A DNA stretch of 63,979 nucleotides, the filler included, from Squatina squatina (taxonomy: Eukaryota): the NCBI GenBank assembly GCA_031763465.1. It is 3 parts of 3 records of this genome, joined end to end, with 100 filler letters (N's around TTAATTAATTAA, not from the genome) between each part and the next. Parts side by side here need not be neighbours in the genome. Positions count along the whole stretch, not along the records: positions 1 to 21,787 come from JARFOE010000222.1; positions 21,888 to 51,585 come from JARFOE010000013.1; 1 more part is not named here. The stretch is one strand, 5' to 3'. Shown in pieces: positions 13,085 to 23,880 of this stretch. Below the pieces are notes generated by a model. It had not been told where the DNA came from, did no database searches, and saw only the letters and a program-made list of their open reading frames with translations. Each line of letters begins with the position of its first letter. The stretch's first letter is position 1. The translations under genes and the position numbers were made by a program.

Positions 13085-13217
13085 GAGGACTTGCAATTAT
13101 ATAGCACTTACCACATCTTTCAGAAGCAGCCCAATGCACTTCACAAACGACGAGTGACTTTAGGCAAGCAAGGCATCCAACTTTAACACAGCAAGATCCC
13201 GCAAATAGCAATTCAAA
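13085..13217 (-). mobile_element. Deu-domain SINE (SacSINE1-like) 3' tail
   Basis: acttgcaattatatagcact...acacagcaagatcccgcaaatagcaat, reverse complement of the tail seen at 55470-55610. Confidence 0.6.
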
Positions 13218-13317
13218 NNNNNNNNNNNNNNNNNNNNNNNNNNNNNNNNNNNNNNNNNNNNNNNNNNNNNNNNNNNNNNNNNNNNNNNNNNNNNNNNNNN
13301 NNNNNNNNNNNNNNNNN

Positions 13318-13605
13318 CCACAGGTTCACCACCCTCTGAGTGAAGTAGTTTCTCCTCATCTCAGTCCTAAATGGACTAGCCCATATTCTGAGACTGTGAC
13401 CTCTGGTTCTAGACTCCCCAGCCAGGGGAAACAGCCCTGTATCTAGTCTGTCGAGCCCTGTCAGAATTTTATATGTTTCAATGAGGTCCTCTCTCATTCT
13501 TCTAAACTCTAGTGAATAAAGGTCTAGTCGACCCAATCTCTCCTCATACGACAGTCCTGCCATCCCCGGAATCAGTCTGGCGAACCTTCGCTGCATTCCC
13601 TCTGC
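13318..13605 (-). mobile_element. CR1 LINE ORF2 C-terminal fragment
   Basis: QRRFARLIPGMAGLSYEERLGRLDLYSLEFRRMREDLIETYKIL...RTRGHSLRI...RNYFTQRVVNLW. Confidence 0.9.
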
Positions 13606-14479
13606 ACTCCATGCCAATCGTCCTGACAACTCCCTGTTTGAATTTCTCCAATGAGGTTTCTACCCCCCACCCACACACCAAAACAGCCACAAATGACACC
13701 ATCTGTCACACTATTGTTCATAATTTTAAACACTTCAATCAAATAATTCAGTAACCTCTGTTCTAACAAATACAAATGTTAATATACTCAACTATCTGCG
13801 AGAACCTAGCTTCGCGGGTGTAAATATCCAAATCCCTAAGCGCTTTAAGCAACCCCACACAAGGTGCTTCAGCTATAAATATAATACAGCATTTTTCCAA
13901 ATATAGGTTCCGTATTACAGCATACACAATGAGGCCTTCCTTTAAGCTTTGTCCCAAAGAGTTCCCATTTCTCTCGGAACAGTCTCTAAGGATAAATTGG
14001 CCAAATTTGTGGGGACCTTTACCCGTTGAGAGCGCCTGTCAGGAATTCAGAAGCGGAGCTCAGTTGGCCTACTGCCCTCCATGTCAGTATTCCCAATTTT
14101 ACTACAGGCCTTCAGGCCTTCAGTACTTCACCACCGTGTCAATTAAAAAGGAGCACGCAAGCTATACTTGTAAATAATTATTAAATATAGGCGGGACAAT
14201 AAATTAAGCTGGGCTCTTTTAGATAAAATTCACTATTGCTGCCTGAACTGGGTTAAGCATACATATCAAGTACAATTTTGACTTTTTTTTTTAAAAAGTC
14301 AAGTGTTTTGCTTTGTCTAATTTTGAAAATTAACCAGTACCAATATTATTTGTAGGCTGTATTATAATTCAAAGTAAAATGAACAATTAAAGCAATTAAT
14401 TGGAAATAATAATCTGAACTTCTTATTGTAGTAAGTGATGTTGAAGCATTTTACGACCAAGAGTTGTCCTTTTTAAATC

Positions 14480-14895
14480 CAATAAGGAATTCAGGAGAAA
14501 CTTCTTTGCTCAGCGGGTGGTGAGAATCTGGAACTCGCTATGGCATGGAGTGGCTGAGGTGAATAACATAGATGCATTTAAGGAGAAGCTAGATTACATA
14601 GAATTACATGGAATATAGCACGAAAACAAGCCATTCAGCCCAACATGTCTGTGCTGGTGTTTATACTCCACACGAGTCTCCGCCCATTCCATCTGTCTCA
14701 TCTCAGCCTTTCAGCATATCTTCCTATTCCCTTTTCTCTCATGTACTCATCTAGTACATGAATGAGAAAGGAATAGAGGGATATGTTGATGGGGTTAAAT
14801 GAAGTAGGGTGAGAGGAGGCTCGTGTGGAGCTTAAATACCAGCATAGACATGTTGGGCTGAATGGCGTTTTTCTGTGTTGTGTAATTCTACGTAA
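14480..14895 (+). mobile_element. CR1 3' end interrupted by an antisense copy of its own 3' end (14594-14754)
   Basis: aggagaaacttctttgctcagcgggtggtgagaatctggaactc...gaagctagat[inverted copy]tacatg...gggctgaatggc...gtaattctacgtaa. Confidence 0.85.
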
Positions 14896-16422
14896 GAGTT
14901 ATTTGAAACTGCACTTATTGTATAAACTACGGGATACGTTATTGCTTCCTGAATATTCAGTGACTTGCAACATGTGGATGTGACTTTAACACCATTCCAA
15001 TTGGCATTTTGGCACTGGATGTAACTTTTCTAGTGGTGACTAATATACTGGATTTTGTAATAGTTGTGATAATCTTTGTACTGGTGCAATCCTTGGCTTC
15101 CTTATATTCAGTAAAAGCATCAATTTGCATCAATGATAGAAAAGTTCCCAAATCTCAGTGGTGCTTTTCTCCTGTAGTCTTGTTAAGTCTGGTCAGTAAT
15201 AGATTGTGTAGCTTCTTCATTAGCTACTTTTGTTTTATTTCAACTCAAATCTATCATTTCTGGCCCTTCTCCAATCTTTAACTACTTTAAGTCCTCACTG
15301 CTGTTATGTTGTTTGTTTTTGGTGATATGGTGGATTAGTCTGCACTGCTGTCTCCACTTTGAGTATTGTTCCAACAGCAGCTACCGGCTCAGAGTTGATC
15401 ACTTTACCTACAACTAGAACATTCCTACTTGTCAACTACCTCAATGTCGGTTTGATTCCGGCTTCAGTGAGCTGGAAGAAATTAAATAATGCTGCAGCTG
15501 GCCAGGAGCATCACTGTGTCTATTGAAGTTATTTTACATTGGGTTATATATTGGGTGAATTATTAGGCATCTTATTTATGTACTGCTCCTAGGAGCGCAC
15601 TTGAACACAATTGGTCTGTTGGCTACTTTTAAACGTGATTGCGTGCTTGAAGGAGTGCACTCTTTTTAGTAGTGCTCGCAGGAATGGGGAGTTTGTGGCT
15701 GGGCAGGTGCAGCTTGTGGCCCTCTTATCTTGTTGCAGGTGGTGTGGGCTTGGCTCCTTGTTGTTGCTGCTTTCTCTGATAAAGTGTCATATATTGACAA
15801 TAACTTGGCAAATGTTTTCTAACACTAACATGATCACTAGAGTTCTGGTAATTACAATTTTCTCTTCAACCACCAGTTGTTGAAAGCTGGCTTTTTCTTC
15901 TCCAAATGAAAGAGCCCAGAGTATCAATTCACCCTGATAGCCAGCCAGTGCCAATGACTGTGATGAGGTGGATTGTCCCTTTGTCACATCTGCTTATTAT
16001 ATAAGGAATAAAATCTAAAACGCAAGATTTAATGTAATATTTTTCGATGTGCTCAGTTGAACAGGACGAGGATTATTGTAATGAAAGTAAAGCCTTATTT
16101 AAGCTTCACAATAAAACTCTTTTGGCTTTGAGAAAGTGAAACAAATATTTCAAGACAGCTGTTAGTTGCAAAGGGATATGCCAGGATTTGGTTAATGTTA
16201 CTGCTTGTAATTAGAATCTAGGTTGATGAGTACCTGAAATTGTTGAAATAACTGCGTGTTGAGAGATGATGAGTTTTCTTCAAGAACCATGGGGGGGGTG
16301 CAGGTTGGGTGGAGATCGGAAGNNNNNNNNNNNNNNNNNNNNNNNNNNNNNNNNNNNNNNNNNNNNNNNNNNNNNNNNNNNNNNNNNNNNNNNNNNNNNN
16401 NNNNNNNNNNNNNNNNNNNNNN

Positions 16423-16585
16423 CACTCCGGAGTTGTGGGTTCTGAGGTGACTAAATAGTCCTATACGGGATCCACAAACTCTACCACAGGTGGGGCAGGT
16501 GGTATTTGATGGGGCGAGTGGATGGGATGCTCGGGTTTCCGTGCGCTCCTTCCACTGCCTGCGCTTGGCCTCCACGTGCTCCTGA
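16423..16585 (-). mobile_element. RTE-clade LINE ORF C-terminus with C2H2-like finger
   Basis: EAKRRQWKER...NTTCPTCGRVCGSRIGLFSHLRTH, typical RTE/BovB-like ORF end. Confidence 0.8.
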
Positions 16586-17304
16586 TATTATCCTGACTGA
16601 TTCGCTGTTATATTGCACTCAAGACCAAAAAGTGATTTGCACAGGGATATGAGTTTTACATGTTGGTGTAAGTGTGCTCACTCTCATTAAAGCACGGTCC
16701 TTGAGAGCTGAATGTTTTGAGTATCAGAGGAAGGGTATGTTTTGAAGAATGTCTGTGCCCTGAGTTTGTGTGAGGTGCTATATAAAATAAAGTTGGAACA
16801 AATTCTATGTTGCAACAAAACTTTAGGATAAGGTTTGACTGTGATAAGAACATAGACACATAAAGGCAGGACTGAGAAGCTCCCTTTCCACACATCAAAG
16901 CTCATCCCTCTTGAAAATTAACTCTCCCAAAATCACATCAAATTCCTTTTGTGTAACCCCAATGACCTATTCCAAACCTTTACCACTCTTTGAGTACAGA
17001 TGTTCTCCCTATACATCGGTTTGTTACTTTTCATCAGCTTCTTTTAATGCACCACTGGTTTACTTTGAAGTAATTCTCGAGGATTAACTCAACTGCAACA
17101 TTTAATATTTTATATCCTTCACTACAGTCTGCCCTTGATGGCTTTCTTTCTAGTTTACACATCTTAAACTTTCAGTAGTTGTTCCTAATGAACTTTTGTT
17201 TATAAATTGCAATTTATTGTGTACTTACTCCTCAAACCATGCATCATAGCACTGCCAAGAGGCAGCAGGCTGTGAGATATCGGTTAGGAGTGGTCTGTAA
17301 CCAG

Positions 17305-17479
17305 CTTCTAACGGCCGTGTGAGCAGCCTGGAGGATGCTGCTAATAGCTGTATGAGCAGCCTGGAGGATGCAGCTAGCGGCTGTATGAGCAGCCTGGAGG
17401 ATGCAGCTAACGGCTGTATGAGCAACCGGGAGGATGCAGCTAACGGCTGTATGAGCAGCCTGGAGGAGGCTGCTAACGG
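17305..17479. repeat. 33-bp minisatellite (GAGCAGCCTGGAGGATGCAGCTAACGGCTGTAT), at least 5 copies, running into a gap
   Basis: Units start at 17321, 17354, 17387, 17420 and 17453. Confidence 0.9.
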
Positions 17480-17811
17480 NNNNNNNNNNNNNNNNNNNNN
17501 NNNNNNNNNNNNNNNNNNNNNNNNNNNNNNNNNNNNNNNNNNNNNNNNNNNNNNNNNNNNNNNNNNNNNNNNNNNNNNNCCGAGTGCGTGGGAACATTGT
17601 TCCTATCCGGGGAGATCGCAATTTCAGGCCCGATATTTCAATTGATGTTCTGACTCCTGGGAGCTGGTTGGTCGTCTGCCCCCATCCCGCCTATGTTAAA
17701 ACCAGAAGTGGGCGGGTTGGAGGCGGGATCAGGTTGGGAATCCCATTTTTAACAGTTTAGCTACCTCCAATGCTCCAAACCCACCTGTTTTTTAAGGTTA
17801 AAATTCCCGCC

Positions 17812-18135
17812 TGTTAAATCAAGGTGTTATCTGTCTGCCACAGTGGTTCATGTGGAGATTGAAGATCCTATGGCTCCATAGGAAGAGAGTAGAGTGTCCT
17901 CTCTCTTGAGGTCATGGTCAACAAACCTCCCTCAAGCAGCACCAACCACTGAGAAATTATATGAACTAGTTTCTCACCTCCGTACTGCTCAACTTTTCTC
18001 AAGATTGTAATCTTTGAACAGGTGTTACTGCGGTGCATAAAATGGCTGCTGCATTTACCTACATAGCTAGTTCCAAAGGAATTCATTGTGTGAAAAGCAC
18101 TTTGAGACATTTTTGAAAGATTTAATAAGGATCTC
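17812..18135 (+). mobile_element. Diverged Deu-domain SINE (core and tail)
   Basis: gttaaatcaagg...gaagatcctatggc...gaagagagtag...aaatggctgctgcattt...gtgaaaagcactttgagac, colinear with the copy at 55190-55610. Confidence 0.6.
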
Positions 18136-18263
18136 ATTCACAACCTAGAGGTTCAACATTTACCGTGGGGAAGCAATAAAAGCTGATCTTTATATAATTT
18201 GTGATCTATTTGCTTAATTTCAGCTCTACTTACCTAACTGAATATTTCTATCCTGTGCTTTAG

Positions 18264-18430
18264 CATTATCTGACAGTCAAGGTAATTTCATCTTGAATGG
18301 AAACTTTGTGGTGAGCATGTTTAAACGAGAAATAAGTGTGCAGGGAACCACGATTGAATACAGTGGCTCGGACAATGGTGTGGAGCGCATTAACTGCACT
18401 GATCGAATTGAGGAAGAGCTGACTTTGCAG
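18264..18430 (+). CDS. ADAMTS20: ADAMTS20 exon, spacer domain
   Basis: tcctgtgctttag|CA TTA TCT GAC...TTG CAG|gtagga, 167 bp. (A)[55 protein letters not shown]. Confidence 0.9.
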
Positions 18431-18640
18431 GTAGGATTTTTCGCAAAACCTTCTTATTTATTTATGAATGGTAATTCTCTGCCTCTGTGCTCCTGGAGAG
18501 GAACCTCCCCTGCCAAGAGTGCGTATCAGGAATTTTTCCCAACCATTATTTTGGGAGCGCTAAACAGCGCTTGTTGTTAGAGGCACAGCATCTTGACATT
18601 AGTTGACACTCACAGATTGCTTTCTTTTAAATCCTGCTAG

Positions 18641-18770
18641 GTTTTATCTGTTGGAAATTTGTACAACCCTGATGTGCGTTACTCTTTTAATATACCCATA
18701 GAGGACCAACTAGAGCAGTTTGTTTGGGATCCGTATGGTTCATGGCAGGAGTGCAATAGACTGTGCCAAG
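18641..18770 (+). CDS. ADAMTS20: ADAMTS20 exon, end of spacer and start of a thrombospondin type 1 repeat
   Basis: aatcctgctag|GTT TTA...TGC CAA G|gtaagc, 130 bp. [43 protein letters not shown](G). Separated from the previous exon by a 210-bp phase-0 intron. Confidence 0.9.
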
Positions 18771-21700
18771 GTAAGCTCTGACCTGTTATTTGCATTTCAT
18801 TTTTGAATCTTAAGTTAGACATATTGAACTAATATTATGTGTGTGCATTCAATGGAGCCAGGCTGCATGTAAGTGCTCAGCTGCACAAAATGCTGTGAAC
18901 CTCCCTCCTCCCAATGTGGCATGGCGAACACCCCAACAGTATTACTTGTCTGCTCCTCAAACAATGTATAACAAGGATAATAATGTGATGTTTGTTAGCT
19001 CTCCAGTAATATTTGTATTGATTAGAAATCTGAAGTTTTAACAGTTAAGTTTTCTACATGGGAATATTTAAAAATAAACGATATTCCTCAGCGTCTCTTG
19101 GAAAACTTCAAAATGTAGAGAACTCAATACCTGAAGTTTACAACAGTAGGGCTGTTTTTACTTCAAGCTCTTCCATTATCAATGTACAGCCATAGATGGA
19201 TGGCCAGGAAGTCGTCTCCTTGTGGTCTGTAAAAGTTCAATGTGATGGCCAGTCAGCCCAGTGCTTCATGGGCGCAGCCATAATTTGACGCTAAATTGAC
19301 AAAATCTTACTCGGAGACCACAGCTAGTCTGGGAAATGGCAAAAAATTTCACAGTTGTGCAATAGGGCTTATCTTACTGAGATTGGAGCTGTGACACATT
19401 ATTGCTGTAGAATAGAATACACATTACTCTGCATTTGATCATGTTTTATCTGACTNNNNNNNNNNNNNNNNNNNNNNNNNNNNNNNNNNNNNNNNNNNNN
19501 NNNNNNNNNNNNNNNNNNNNNNNNNNNNNNNNNNNNNNNNNNNNNNNNNNNNNNNAGGACTGATAGTGACCAGAGGAATTCTTACCCCACAAAAAATATT
19601 CTGTTTCATGTAGCGGAGATTAAAAATATAGGAGTTATGTCATATTAAAAAGACATCCTCCAATGTATTATACAACACTGCTTATTACAGGTCACATTTG
19701 AGATAATTGACACGATAATACATTTATGATTAATTGCAGGGAGATGTAATTATTTTTGTTCTTGAATGTAACATAAGCAATAACCACACACTTAATTTTT
19801 TGTGAGGAGAAGGGAGGGGCTAGAATGCAAACTGTTGTCAGGGACGCATTCCACGTAGCTGTCCCATTTTCAGGTCAAGAGTTCAGACGGTGCTTTATGA
19901 TATATAAAAGGCATTATTAAAGTCCTGTTTGCTAACAGCCTTTGAAGAATTTGGCTTCAATAGCCACATATGCCTAATTATAGAACTAAATAGCTGGCTG
20001 GTTTTAGATGTAGAGTGGAAGCATTTTTATACTGGAAAAAATAATGGTAATGTATAACTTGTTTTCCATTGGTTTCACTTGGTTAGTGGTTACCCTGTAA
20101 TCAACATGACTAATTTGTAAATTTGTGTATAGGGAGTTTTTTTTTAAATAGCAATGAATCTAAACACCATCAAATGAAAACCAGATAATTTGTATAATAG
20201 AAAATGTAATTTTGTACAGTCTGTATCTTTAACTTTTGTTTTAATCATGAATGCAATGAGGAAACTCCAGGGCATCTTTCTCACAAGATGGCAGTGCACC
20301 ACGCCAAGCAGGCTGAATGCTGTGTACATATCTGTAACCCAGGAACAGATACAGGTGGAAATGGAGTACGATAAGTAACCTGGCAAAGGCTACCCAATAG
20401 TACCATATACCAAATAGATGGTGCAAGATTACATATGACAAAGTGTTGCTTTTCAACCTGTCTTGCTTATCTGTGTCAACCTCACACATAACCTTGCATT
20501 ACATGTGATGTGTACCCATACTTCAGCTGGGCACATATACAAGCTGCAACTTATTTTGGTAAATCTTACCAAATTCTCAATTTTCAAGGGCTTCACACAT
20601 CAAACCATTACAACACAGCTGTGATTGCTTATTGAAACACAGAATGGACTTCAGATTAGGCATATGACAGTCCATCATTGACTTCTTATACTTTAGGGTA
20701 TGCAGCAATACAGACAATTGGCAGCTGTGTCATGTTATTCAGTGGGANNNNNNNNNNNNNNNNNNNNNNNNNNNNNNNNNNNNNNNNNNNNNNNNNNNNN
20801 NNNNNNNNNNNNNNNNNNNNNNNNNNNNNNNNNNNNNNNNNNNNNNNNNNNNNNNNNNNNNNNNNNNNNNNNNNNNNNNNNNNNNNGATTATTACCTCTA
20901 AACATGCTGCTCCAGTTTCAATAGAACAAATGGCAAAATACCTCCATTCAATTGTGATGATGCAGCTTTTGATGCTTCATTTGTTGCCGGCATTGTGAAC
21001 AATCTTAACCATGTCTTTGTGCTTCCTGTCGATGCTCAACACTGCAGTGCTTAGAGTCTCTGCAGCATCACGAGCAACTGCTCGTTTCATTAAACTAAGG
21101 ATTCTGACACCTTTCTTTTCCTGTTAAGGTATATAATTATATGACAAATATCATATATTTATTTATACAGAAGCCGGGCAAGCAGTTGTATATGTTGTAG
21201 TCTCACAATTATTTGGTTTGTTTACATTGGTAAAGTCAGTTTGAGCTATGGCTGTGGCAAGCTTTAGAATTCTCTCACTGGCAACTCAACATTTAACCTT
21301 GGTGACCAGTGTGCCGTTACCCCTTTAAATATTGTCAAATAAAATGCAGTAAAAAATGCTTCAGCTTTGCTGTATTTATATCGGACTTCGATTCTGTAAG
21401 TAAGTGAAATACATTTTTAAATCAAAGGTCAATATTTTCATTTAAACTTTGAATTGGTTTCTTGCCAATCCCATTCTTTTTTTATTTCCTGACCATTCCA
21501 TACACTGAATATGACTATCTGACCCCCTTCCCAGCAACCTTTTAGTACAATCGGTTTTATGTTCATTTATAATCCATAGTTTTGCTAACCACACCCTGGG
21601 CACAGGTAATCATCAGCACAAGATACGTGCTTTTATAGGTATGTTTATCTGATTTGCCACCGTTTCTCACAATAATCCAATCACCGTCCCTTATTCGACT

Positions 21701-21787
21701 AACTGGTAGATATGCATGCTTGGACTTTGATCATAGGGTATGAACTTTGCTGTTCTTAGAAATGAGCTTTATTTCCTTTTGACCAGA

Positions 21788-21887
21788 NNNNNNNNNNNNN
21801 NNNNNNNNNNNNNNNNNNNNNNNNNNNNNNNTTAATTAATTAANNNNNNNNNNNNNNNNNNNNNNNNNNNNNNNNNNNNNNNNNNNN
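21788..21887. other. Artificial scaffold-joining linker
   Basis: 44 N + TTAATTAATTAA (21832-21843, stops in all six frames) + 44 N. Confidence 0.95.
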
Positions 21888-23092
21888 TCCCCTGCACCTC
21901 GCTCATGTGCACCTCCCTCCCGTGCACCACTCTCCTGTGCACTCCGCTCCCATACACCTCCCTCCTCTGCACCCACCTCCTGCGTAGCCCACTTCTGTGC
22001 ACCTCCTTCCTGTGCACCTCTCGCCTGTGCACATCCCTCCTGTGCACCTCCCTCCTGCGCACATCCCTCCTGTGCACCTCCCTCCTGTGCACCTCTCTCC
22101 TGTGCACCTCCCTCCTGTGCACCTCTCTGCTGTGCACCAGCCTCCTGTCCAATTCCATCCGTTGCACCTCGCCACTGTGCACCTCTTTCCTGCGCACCTC
22201 TCTCCTGTGCACCTCTCTCCTGTGCACTTCCCTCCTCCGCACCTCTCTCCTGTGCACCTCGCTCCTGTGCTGCTCCCTCCAATGCACCTCCCTCCTCTGC
22301 ACCTCGCTCCTGTGCACCTCTCCACTGTGCACCTCCCTGCAGTACACCTCCCTCCTGTGCACTCCAATCCTGTGCACCTCTCTGCTGTGCACCACACTCC
22401 TGTTCACCTCCATTCTGTGCATTTCCCTCCTGTACACCACACTGCTCCCCACCTACCTCCTGTCCATCTACCTCCTATGCACCTCACTCCTGTGCACCTC
22501 TCTCCTGTGCACCCCCCTCCTGTGCACCTCATCCCTGTGCACCTCACTCCTGTGCACCTCACTCCTGTGCAACTCCCTCCTGTAAACCACACTCCTGCGC
22601 ACATACCGCCGGTCCACCTCCCCACTGTGCACCTCTTTCCTGTGCAACTCCCTCCTGTGCACCTCTCTCCTGTGCACGTCGCTCCTGTGCCCCTCCCTCC
22701 AATCCACCTCTCCCCTTTGCATCTCCCTCCTGCGCAGCCACCTCCTGTGCACCTCCCTCCTGTGCACGTCCCTCCTATGCACCTCTCCCCTGTGCACCTC
22801 GTTACTGCGCACCCCCCTCCTCTGCTCCTCTCTCCCATACAACTCCATCCCTTGCACCTCCCTCCTGCGCACATCCCTCCTGTACCTGTCCCACCTGTGC
22901 ACCTCGCTCCTGTGCTCCTCCCTCCTGTGTTGCTCCCTCCTGTACACCTCCCTCCTGTACACCTCCCTCCTGTACACCTCTCTCCTGTGCACTCCACTCC
23001 TGTGCACCTCTCTGCTCTGCACCACACTCCAGTCCAACTCGGTCCCCTGCACCTCGCTCATGTGCACCTCCCTCCCGTGCACCACTCTCCTG
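21888..23092. repeat. 15-bp minisatellite (consensus CCTCCTGTGCACCTC), about 80 diverged copies
   Basis: Strict 15-bp periodicity. First 50 bp (21888-21937) are identical to the last 50 bp (23043-23092), offset 1155 = 77 x 15. Confidence 0.95.
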
Positions 23093-23192
23093 NNNNNNNN
23101 NNNNNNNNNNNNNNNNNNNNNNNNNNNNNNNNNNNNNNNNNNNNNNNNNNNNNNNNNNNNNNNNNNNNNNNNNNNNNNNNNNNNNNNNNNNN

Positions 23193-23880
23193 AAATCCTC
23201 CTAAGTGACTTGCCTGTGGCTGCAGCAGGGTTCCTGGAAGGCTGTTGTGAAGTAAAATGGGTCTCCATTCCTCTGTTCCTTGGAGGCCTTCGAGGAGCCT
23301 TGGCCCTGGAGGGACCTGCTCCGGACTACTGCACCTCTGGAATCGCGGCAGCAGTGTGGGCTGTGTGGGTGCCAACCATGAGCAGCTTCAATGGCGGAGA
23401 GGCAAAGTGACGCGAGAGTAATGTTCTAATGCTGAGAGATGAGATGAGAGCTGCAGAGCCTGGTGGATGACCCTCCTACTACTTATGAGAGCAGCCTTCC
23501 TGATGATTAAGCTTCAGCATAAGTGTAAAGTATCCTTGCTTTTTCTCAATGACCAAAGTGGGCATACAATTGACCAATGACCGCTGGAACCTGAAAAAAC
23601 TTAGAGCACTGCACTGTCTTCTCCATCATCACCTCCACTAACTCTGGTGCCACCTCCTTCGATCTAGCATTAGTTACTAGACTCTGTTGAGCGACCTTTC
23701 TGCTGTTATTCACTCCCTTCAATCTGCACTTCATGTCTTAAGTGCCAATTTAGCGTCTCCAGAATGCGCCTCTCCATAAAACCTTTTTTAAAACCTGAAT
23801 TTTGCTCCGCCAGGCATGATTAAGGCGCTAAAATTTGTTGCAACGCCTTTATGAAGACACTACTGAATTTCACCTCCAAA
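23193..23880 (-). mobile_element. Decayed PIF/Harbinger-like relic with Myb/SANT remnant
   Basis: Minus-strand ...KEVAPELVEVMMEKTVQCSKFF resembles the W-x-EVA...RT-x-x-QC-x-KKF core of Myb/SANT-like domains. GC-rich terminus ending gaatttcacc. Confidence 0.35.

Noticed and set aside
16423-16575. C2H2 zinc-finger gene exon
   Set aside because: The single finger with CGSRIGLFSHLRTH matches the RTE retrotransposon ORF end, with no finger array or linkers.
21832-21843. TTAATTAATTAA palindrome as a regulatory or recombination site
   Set aside because: It is centred in N runs and repeated identically at 51630, so it is an assembly linker.
17305-23092. Tandem arrays as CRISPR-like loci
   Set aside because: There are no unique spacers or cas genes, and the context is vertebrate DNA.
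21832-23268. Long repetitive ORFs (PVHLP, REVHR, CTSLL, RCTGG) resembling extensin or keratin-associated proteins
   Set aside because: They are by-products of a 15-bp repeat that lacks stops in most frames. The frames do contain stops (for example TAG at 21985 on plus, 22468 on minus), I saw no splice signals, and no frame is favoured.
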